A stretch of DNA of 64,000 bases from Nitrospinaceae bacterium (GTDB lineage: Bacteria > Nitrospinota > Nitrospinia > Nitrospinales > Nitrospinaceae), in the NCBI GenBank assembly GCA_965223665.1, contig OZ245011.1, forward strand, positions 1,536,001-1,600,000. Reading direction: 5' to 3'. The notes beneath the pieces are model-generated. The model was not told the origin of the DNA, searched no databases, and was given only the letters and a program-made list of their open reading frames with translations. Of this stretch, positions 56,885 through 64,000 are shown piece after piece; position 1 is the stretch's first letter; every line of letters starts with the position of its first letter. Position numbers and translations under genes: made by a program.

Positions 56885-57589
56885 TCATGAAATGCGGCTC
56901 AATTGATTCCACATACCATGCTCAGATCCGTCTTCTTCAAACAGGTCATTGGTTCGAATTCCGTTGCTGGCAAACTCATTCCACATGCCATGCTCAGAAC
57001 CGTCATCTTCAAATAAATCACCTTTGGTGATTCCGTTATTGGCAAACTCATTCCACATACCGTGCTCGGAACCATCTTCTTCAAACAAGTCACCGGTTTT
57101 AATTCCGTTGCTGGCAAACTCATTCCACATACCATGTTCGGATCCGTCTTCTTCAAATAAATCACCTTTGGTGATTCCGTTGCTGGCGAACTGATTCCAC
57201 ATACCATGTTCGGAACCGTCTTCTTCAAACAGGTCACCGGTTTTAATTCCGTTGCTGGCATATTGATTCCACATGCCGTGTTCGGATCCATCATCTTCAA
57301 ACAAATCTTCGGTGGTTCCTACAGGAACCCCAGTTTTATTCCACATCCCGTGCTCAGAACCGTCTTCTTCGAATAAATCACCAGAGGTGATTTCGTTGCT
57401 GGCATATTGATTCCACATGCCGTGTTCGGATCCATCATCTTCAAAATGATCACCAGTGGTTTCTCCGATAAGTGAGTTGCTTTTGATGTTTAAATTCTTC
57501 TCAATTGCAGGAGCAGCAAAACCGGGTCCTGCTAATAATAAAGTAGTTAATATCCAACTTGTCAGGGTAGTTTTTATTGAGTTATTCAT
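56885..57589 (-). CDS. secreted tandem-repeat protein, 8 x 24-aa FE[D/E]DGSEHGMWN repeats
   Basis: GGAGG RBS, signal peptide ending GFA, 72-nt in-frame repeats, own terminator. Confidence 0.9.
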   Translation of the reverse strand: MNNSIKTTLTSWILTTLLLAGPGFAAPAIEKNLNIKSNSLIGETTGDHFEDDGSEHGMWNQYASNEITSGDLFEEDGSEHGMWNKTGVPVGTTEDLFEDDGSEHGMWNQYASNGIKTGDLFEEDGSEHGMWNQFASNGITKGDLFEEDGSEHGMWNEFASNGIKTGDLFEEDGSEHGMWNEFANNGITKGDLFEDDGSEHGMWNEFASNGIRTNDLFEEDGSEHGMWNQLSRIS

Positions 57590-58049
57590 GATGTGCCTCC
57601 ATCAAATAGTTTATTAATTGTCTAGATATAATATTATACATTTATATAAATTTATCAATAGAAAACCTAGAAAAATTTCAAGATTCTGACAAAATTTTAA
57701 TTGTTTGAAATTAAATGATTTATCGCGTTTTATCCCCAAATTCCCCAGAAATTTTTAAAAAAATAACACAAATTCCTCGATATTTCTCAACAAATATTCC
57801 CAAAATATCTAACTTATAAATTATACAAAAATATTAGAAATGTATAAGTAATTTAATCTGGCTTTTTATCTAAAACCGGAGATTCTTTCCGAAGATAGAG
57901 GGGGTCGAATTGATTCTGTTCGGTAACGCGCCCAATTCTTGGAAGAGGAAAAGGGCTTGTGCCCAGCGGGCCTCGGCCAGGAATCACATGAGTTTCCTTA
58001 ATTGGCAGGTATTCGAAATTCAGAGAAAAAAATTGGAAGAGATAAGACG

Positions 58050-58086
58050 AAAACAAGGGTTACCGCGTTAGCCGTAACCCTTGTTT
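58050..58086 (-). terminator. intrinsic terminator of repeat gene 2
   Basis: Same stem as 56802-56835 with a diverged loop. Confidence 0.8.
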
Positions 58087-58134
58087 GGAAGGAGGAGGCT
58101 GGGTAATCCGAATCCCCAGACTCTTTGAGGCCCA

Positions 58135-59121
58135 TCATGAAATGCGGCTCAGTTGATTCCACATTCCGTGCTCAGATCCATCTTCTTCAAAAAGTTCACC
58201 TTTGGTGATACCGTTGCTGGCAAACTGATTCCACATACCGTGTTCAGATCCGTCATCTTCAAACAAATCTTCGGTGGTTCCTACAGGAACCCCAACTTTA
58301 TTCCACATACCGTGTTCGGAACCGTCTTCTTCAAACAGGTCACCGGTTTTAATTCCGTTGCTGGCAAACTGATTCCACATACCGTGTTCAGATCCGTCAT
58401 CTTCAAACAAATCTTCGGTGGTTCCTACAGGAACCCCAACTTTATTCCACATACCGTGTTCGGAACCGTCCTCTTCAAACAGGTCACCGGTTTTAATTCG
58501 GTTACTGGCGAACTGATTCCACATACCGTGTTCAGATCCGTCATCTTCAAACAAATCTTCGGTGGTTCCTACAGGAACCCCAACTTTATTCCACATACCG
58601 TGTTCGGAACCGTCTTCTTCAAACAGGTCACCGGTTTTAATTCGGTTACTGGCGAACTGATTCCACATACCATGTTCGGAACCGTCATCTTCAAACAAAT
58701 CTTCGGTGGTTCCTACAGGAACCCCAACTTTATTCCACATACCGTGTTCGGAACCGTCTTCTTCAAAATATTCATCCATGATAATTTCGTTACGCGCAAC
58801 CTGATTCCACATGCCGTGTTCGGATCCGTCATCTTCAAACAAATCTTCGGTGGTTCCTACAGGAACCCCAACTTTATTCCACATACCGTGTTCGGAACCG
58901 TCTTCTTCAAAATATTCATCCATGATAATTTCGTTACGCGCAACCTGATTCCACATGCCGTGTTCGGATCCGTCATCTTCAAATCGGTCGCCAGTGGGTT
59001 CCATGATTGGGGGGTCGCCATTAATATTCAAATTTTGATTTTGAGCGGCAAAGCCAACCCCTGAAAAAATTAATAATGCGGTTAACAAACTGAGTTGGGT
59101 TAATCGAATCGCTGTATTCAT
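58135..59121 (-). CDS. secreted tandem-repeat protein, 12 x 24-aa FE[D/E]DGSEHGMWN repeats (paralog)
   Basis: AGGAG RBS, signal peptide ending GFA, same C-terminus QLSRIS. Confidence 0.9.
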   Translation of the reverse strand: MNTAIRLTQLSLLTALLIFSGVGFAAQNQNLNINGDPPIMEPTGDRFEDDGSEHGMWNQVARNEIIMDEYFEEDGSEHGMWNKVGVPVGTTEDLFEDDGSEHGMWNQVARNEIIMDEYFEEDGSEHGMWNKVGVPVGTTEDLFEDDGSEHGMWNQFASNRIKTGDLFEEDGSEHGMWNKVGVPVGTTEDLFEDDGSEHGMWNQFASNRIKTGDLFEEDGSEHGMWNKVGVPVGTTEDLFEDDGSEHGMWNQFASNGIKTGDLFEEDGSEHGMWNKVGVPVGTTEDLFEDDGSEHGMWNQFASNGITKGELFEEDGSEHGMWNQLSRIS

Positions 59122-59586
59122 GATGTGTCTCCTTTATTGACTTTCCATCCTGAGCAGTGGATGGATTTTTAATGGTTTTGTTGGGTAATCTGTATTACCC
59201 CGTTTTCTTGTTATTTTAGAAGCACACGAATCGATTAAGATACTTTATAGTTTCAAACAAATAGTTTAATTTAATTAAATCAAAAACCATCCCCTAAACC
59301 CGCCGGATCCTGCCCGGCACGCGGGCTAACGAATTGTTTTTAAAAAGAATCACCTGATGTATTGTTTGACAACCCACCCAAATCCCTATATCCTTTGTCC
59401 CATAAATCCCATTTCTAATTAATGAATACGAGTGAGATATTCGCTCTCAATCGTAAACTTTCTGTACCAAGGAGCGCATATTCTGAATCCCAAAAACGAT
59501 CAATCCATTCCTGCATTCTAAAATTCAGAATGTAGAAACATTTTTAAATGTGGACGATGAGATCAAGAGAAAAGGAGGGTTGTGTC

Positions 59587-61926
59587 ATGTTAACCAATAA
59601 ATTGAAGGCACTATTATTTACCGGTATTTTGACGATTTTGATTCCTGCTGTCTCTTTTGCCACCCCACCCGATAGACCCATCAGCATCACACCCCAAATA
59701 TTAGAAGATAACCAGATTATAAAATCCGATGAAAAGTATTTTTATTTGCCGGTCCGAGTTTCTACCTTAAACGTGAAACGCGGTGACGTTATATTAAACG
59801 TTATCGTGTATTCCCCCGATCAGCGCAAGCAACGGATCATGGAGAGTATTTCCACCAGCCTGGAAGAAAGAGATGAACAAAAGGAAGGCACCGTGGTGCA
59901 AATTCCCAGATTGCAGAAAGACGGAATCTACCGTATAGAAATCGCCGCGGGGGATCGCAAAGGAGCAATTTATGATCGCGTGGCTCTCTATCAAGTGGTC
60001 GAGAAAAAGGAAGCGCGCATCTACACGCAACGCCAGTGGCGGGACCATAGAAAAAACCTCCGGTTCAATAAATACGAAAAGGCGAAAACGGTTCGGGTGT
60101 TTTCCGGCAACCTCAAGAAGCTTACGGAAGAAGAACTTGAGGAAACCAAGGTCACGGTTATTCGTGACCCGCGTAAAGTCCTGCGGGTGAAAGCGGACAA
60201 TAACCTGGGACTGGACGCCAAGTTCGTTCTGGATTCCAGCGCCAAGGCCTGGCGGGATCGCGATCCGGTAACGTATCGAGGCAGAATTGTTTTCACCGAT
60301 TTTGAAGGAACGGTCAGACCCCTCGTCAATGGAGGCATTTATCTTTACGACGACGACACCTTTGGCGATGAGTTTCTGGGTTCCGTCACCACCAACGGCA
60401 ATGGAGAGTTCAGCTTCAGCGTCAACAACGACGACGGCTTTTTACAGAATGGTCGTGACCTGTACATCAAACTCAAATTAAGAAACACGCGATGGCGGGT
60501 TCATGACGGCGGAGACTATGAATGGGCAACCAGTGTCAGCGACGACCTCAATGAAGGACAGGTGGTCGACATTGGAACCGTCACTCCGGACGACGATATG
60601 GAAGCGGTTCAGATTTTTTCTTTTATGGATCGCGCCTGGCAGCATGTGGTCACTGTGGGTGGGCGAGACCCGGGTTTTGTCAATGTAGACTACCCCGGCG
60701 GCGGGGACTTTTTTGATGGAGAGGTCAACTTATCCGCTTCCACCAACCGCGCCCCGGACATTGCGATTCATGAGTATGGACATTTCCTGCTGGAGTCGGC
60801 GTATCCGGGGGGAGACCCTTCTCCCGGCGGGGCGCATAACTTTGGTGAAATGAATCAGGATCCCCGACTCTCCTGGAGCGAAGGCTGGGCCACGGCATTC
60901 ATGCTGAGTCTGTGCAATGACGGTCAGTACAACTGGGACGAAGGCACCACCGAAGGCGCCGGCGAATGGCCCACCTGTACCAACCAGAACGATTCGGGCG
61001 GCCAGGAGTTGGAACTGTATTCCGGCACGAACCGAACCGGCGAAACTCAGGAAGCCCGCGTGGCCGCTACGTTATTGGACTTAATGGATTCCGACAACGA
61101 TGACAACGGCGGCAATCAGAATCGCGGCAGAGATGACCTGGAAGATGACAACACCGCCAACCGGGTGTCCCTGCACACCATATACAGTGACGTTCTGTGG
61201 GGCGGCGGACACAACAACGCGTTGGAGTTCTGGACTTCCCTGTCGGGAGAAATCAGCGGCAATACCTGGAACGATGCCAATGAAATTTTTCGGTACAACT
61301 GGATGTCCATTTCCGCACCGATCGAAATCAACTGTGTCGCATCGAAAGTGGCTTCCCGGGCGTTCAGGGATTACGACGAAAAAATTAAAAACCTGCGCGC
61401 CTTTCGTAACGAAGGCTTGAAACCTTACGCCATCGGAAGGCAACTGATGCAGTCGTATTACCGTCACAGTCCGGAAATGGCGATCCTGCTGATTAAGGAT
61501 CCCAAAGCCCGGAAGCACGCGGCGCTTTTAATCAGTCATTTTTCGCAACTGGGGAAAGCGTCTCACGATCGAAAGTTGTTTGAGAAAATGGCGGGCAGAG
61601 ACGCTCGGTTCATTCCGGAAAGAATTGGTAAATCCGTGAAAGCGATTTTCAGTTTAATCCAGGAACAAGGCAGTAAAGAACTAAAACGCGATATGATAAA
61701 AGCCCAAAGGCTTTTCCAGAAAGTCGAAAAAATGAAATACTCGGAAGTGATCGACTTCACCAACACGTTGAAGAAAGCCGATGGCATCAGTATCAAACCG
61801 GTCATTCAAGGCAAGTACGCACCAGCCAGCAAAAAAGCCGACTGGAAACTGATCCGCGAAAACCTGCCCAAAGTCATGGGCCGACGCGAGAAAGGAATGA
61901 TTATTAAACGGCAACCAAGAAATTAA
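59587..61926 (+). CDS. secreted zinc metalloprotease (HEYGH..SEG) with CFI-box-CTERM-like domain
   Basis: AGGAGG RBS, signal peptide, IAIHEYGH and WSEGWA; C..S..LRAFRN..L...G..LM..YY..SP.MA. Confidence 0.8.
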   Translation: MLTNKLKALLFTGILTILIPAVSFATPPDRPISITPQILEDNQIIKSDEKYFYLPVRVSTLNVKRGDVILNVIVYSPDQRKQRIMESISTSLEERDEQKEGTVVQIPRLQKDGIYRIEIAAGDRKGAIYDRVALYQVVEKKEARIYTQRQWRDHRKNLRFNKYEKAKTVRVFSGNLKKLTEEELEETKVTVIRDPRKVLRVKADNNLGLDAKFVLDSSAKAWRDRDPVTYRGRIVFTDFEGTVRPLVNGGIYLYDDDTFGDEFLGSVTTNGNGEFSFSVNNDDGFLQNGRDLYIKLKLRNTRWRVHDGGDYEWATSVSDDLNEGQVVDIGTVTPDDDMEAVQIFSFMDRAWQHVVTVGGRDPGFVNVDYPGGGDFFDGEVNLSASTNRAPDIAIHEYGHFLLESAYPGGDPSPGGAHNFGEMNQDPRLSWSEGWATAFMLSLCNDGQYNWDEGTTEGAGEWPTCTNQNDSGGQELELYSGTNRTGETQEARVAATLLDLMDSDNDDNGGNQNRGRDDLEDDNTANRVSLHTIYSDVLWGGGHNNALEFWTSLSGEISGNTWNDANEIFRYNWMSISAPIEINCVASKVASRAFRDYDEKIKNLRAFRNEGLKPYAIGRQLMQSYYRHSPEMAILLIKDPKARKHAALLISHFSQLGKASHDRKLFEKMAGRDARFIPERIGKSVKAIFSLIQEQGSKELKRDMIKAQRLFQKVEKMKYSEVIDFTNTLKKADGISIKPVIQGKYAPASKKADWKLIRENLPKVMGRREKGMIIKRQPRN

Positions 61927-61929
61927 GTT

Positions 61930-62700
61930 TTCCTTTAGAAAAAAAGAAAAGCCGATGTGCACCCTCTTTTTAAAGAGGGCTGGGGTGATTGACAATCGGG
62001 GCTTTTGATAGAAATAAATGGAAAGCTGCGAAAAAAAATTCCCTAGTCCAGCGTCACGCTGGTCCCCTCTTTTCTAAAGAGGGTTAGGGTGATTCACATT
62101 CAGGTGTTTTGAGATGCTTCTATATATAGGGATGATACTTTAGCAGTTGATATAAAAAATTAGACCAATGTGTTCCCCCTTTATGAAGGGGGCTAGGGGG
62201 ATTTTACCACTCTCCGTGGCGGCAACTTTCATTTACGATGATCGGTGGTATGAGCCGAACGCTTAGAACCTTTTCGGAAGGGGGGTCTGCCTTTAGAAAA
62301 AAAAAGCAAAAAAGAATAGCCGATGTACCCCCTCTTTCCCAATCTAGCGATTGGAGGCTGCAGGAATATTTGAACAGTTAGTGACGATAGTGCACTCTCA
62401 AAAAATTATCGAGAATGAAATACTTCTTCCAGGCGTTGCCTGGTGGGGTGATTGACATTCAGGTGTTTTGAGATGCTTCTATATATAGGGATGACACTTT
62501 AGCAGTTGATGTCCAAAAAAAGACGATGCGTCCCCCCTTTGTGAAGGGGGCTAGGGGGATTTTTCCTTCAGGGCCTTTAAATTGAATGGAAAAATTTTTT
62601 GAAGAGTTTCTAAGATTCCCGAAATCGAATCAACTTATCAAAAATTAAAGGTTACCGGCAGGCGTTGGCCTGCGGGCTGGAGGAAGTACGACCTCTCGCC
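61930..62700. repeat. cluster of hairpin/MITE-family repeats with ~360-bp internal duplication
   Basis: 62087-62205 resembles 62447-62562; CCCTCTTT..AAAGAGGG and CCCCCTTT.TGAAGGGGG hairpins. Confidence 0.8.
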
Positions 62701-62726
62701 GAAAAATAAAGAATATCTTAGGACCC

Positions 62727-63506
62727 TTAAGTAAAAATGCCTTTGGATTCCAAAAACTCTGGCGGAATATCTGCATTTTTTCTTCCTACCACTGCAAAAT
62801 AATGAAGCGGTTGCCCATCAATGGATAACCGATGCCGGTACCGCTCGATATGATAAACATCCAGATATTTTGAGAATATCAATTCACGGATTAACATGGA
62901 AAACCCGGTATCATCGCTGGCATCCAGAAAAGTATCCCTTATGTTGAAAGCCACCCATCCTTCGTTGCTAATGATATTGAATGCATTCACGAACGCTTTC
63001 GTTGGAATATCACCAAAACCAAGAGCCGCCACCGTGACCATACAATCGCATTGCCAGGACTCAATCTCTTCTTTCTTTTCTTCACTGAGGCTGCAAAAGT
63101 CTTCAATATAGTAAGCGTCATACACTCCCGGTCTATCACGAATCAGTGCATCGTAAGCTTCCGGAATAATATCCACACCGACTAACCGCGATACGCCATG
63201 TTTTTTAAGTTCTTCGCCCATCATGCCATTGCCTGCGCCCAAATCCAGCACGCGAAGCTCGGTAAAATTATCCGGAGACTGTTTGATAGCCGACGTCAAA
63301 ATAGAGGCCACCTTGTTGGGTGAAATGCATTTGAGGCGATCATAAAATATTTGTTCATACAAACCCGGCACCTGATAAATCTCGTCGTAATCGTGAAACT
63401 TTATTTTTCTTTTTTTGCTGGTGCCATGAAGGTAGAAATAACTTTCATCCTGATTGCTGTCCAAAAGCTCCGTTCGGGGAAACTGCACTCTGTGTCTCTT
63501 GTTCAT
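62727..63506 (-). CDS. class I SAM-dependent methyltransferase
   Basis: VLDLGAGNG, LVGVDI; GAAGGA RBS before ATG 63506. Confidence 0.88.
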   Translation of the reverse strand: MNKRHRVQFPRTELLDSNQDESYFYLHGTSKKRKIKFHDYDEIYQVPGLYEQIFYDRLKCISPNKVASILTSAIKQSPDNFTELRVLDLGAGNGMMGEELKKHGVSRLVGVDIIPEAYDALIRDRPGVYDAYYIEDFCSLSEEKKEEIESWQCDCMVTVAALGFGDIPTKAFVNAFNIISNEGWVAFNIRDTFLDASDDTGFSMLIRELIFSKYLDVYHIERYRHRLSIDGQPLHYFAVVGRKNADIPPEFLESKGIFT

Positions 63507-63949
63507 AAATTCCTTCAAAGGTTGAATATTTTTTGGCTTCACTCCATAGACTCTTCCCACTTCTTAAAAAATTCCCGGAATCACAAGCCAAAAGAACGGA
63601 AAAGGTGGGAATAAATATCTGCTCAAGGCAAAACGCGAGTTTTCTATTCTAGACTAAAAACGGGACCTATGCGAATTTAATTTTGCAGAAATCAAAAATT
63701 CACACAAACAGGTTTTGACCCTAAATATTCTGATGTGCACAACCATTGCAAAACTTATTTAGAAAACAGGCCCGAGTTAGCCCCCATAAGTTCGCACATT
63801 TGCGAGGCAGCCGGCCCCCGGCCGGAGGAAACAGGCTAGCGCCTGAGGCAACTTTCATTTGCGATGACTGACTCGCCGTCAGGGGCAACTGGGATTTTCG
63901 AAAATCTCTGAAGATATGATTCTGAGAAACCTATTGAAAATAAATTCTG

Positions 63950-64000
63950 AGTCCAGCGTCACGCTGGTCCCCTCTTTTCTAAAGAGGGTTAGGATGATTG
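63950..64000 (+). repeat. repeat-family copy truncated by the window end
   Basis: AGTCCAGCGTCACGCTGGTCCCCTCTTTTCTAAAGAGGGTTAGG, identical to 62045-62087. Confidence 0.85.

Noticed and set aside
57730-57810. Short TCCC(C)A direct repeats upstream of the repeat genes (also ~59371-59412 and 20672-20715) as regulator sites
   Set aside because: Spacing is inconsistent and the motif is too short to distinguish from chance by eye.
58153-59064. 303-aa plus-strand ORF and other alternate-frame ORFs (56899..57300, 56949..57194)
   Set aside because: Shadows of the repeat genes; conservation tracks the minus-strand DGSEHGMWN frame.
56885-59121. 72-bp periodic arrays as CRISPR arrays
   Set aside because: The variable parts recur, the period is an exact codon multiple, variation in the core is synonymous, each array is an ORF with RBS, signal peptide and terminator, and no cas genes are present.
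1-64000. Prophage, intact transposase, retron/DGR or rRNA
   Set aside because: No structural phage genes, integrase, DDE transposase, reverse transcriptase or rRNA-like sequence was recognised.

Overview
64-kb accessory-rich bacterial chromosomal window, moderate GC with AT-rich orphan-gene patches. The gene content is loosely reminiscent of Nitrospinota, which is an impression only and was not tested. Recognisable genes include a Kef-type K+/H+ antiporter, an SDR, yciH/SUI1, an EamA transporter, a ttrBCA-like molybdoenzyme operon, an AraC/SnoaL/cytochrome b561 cluster, selO, parDE, a hybrid histidine kinase and a methyltransferase. Most interesting: (1) two tandem paralogous secreted proteins made of 8 and 12 copies of a 24-aa unit with an invariant DGSEHGMWN core, divergent from a secreted HExxH metalloprotease (candidate multi-core peptide precursor or metal-binding system); (2) a 1677-aa signal-peptide protein fusing a GHSMGG lipase, an edema-factor/ExoY-like nucleotidyl cyclase and a HipA-like kinase, followed by a WSC/ankyrin gene; a second 1590-aa secreted protein also ends in a kinase-like domain; (3) orphan genes bounded by a recurring TGTCCGCTT..AAGCGGACA hairpin and by 50-130 bp direct repeats of flanking DNA, suggesting a non-integron cassette mechanism; (4) a MITE family, one copy with a perfect 9-bp target duplication, a degenerate tRNA-Thr, a circularly permuted ACP and a Fur-box divergon. 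All domain calls are by-eye motif recognition; no searches were run.
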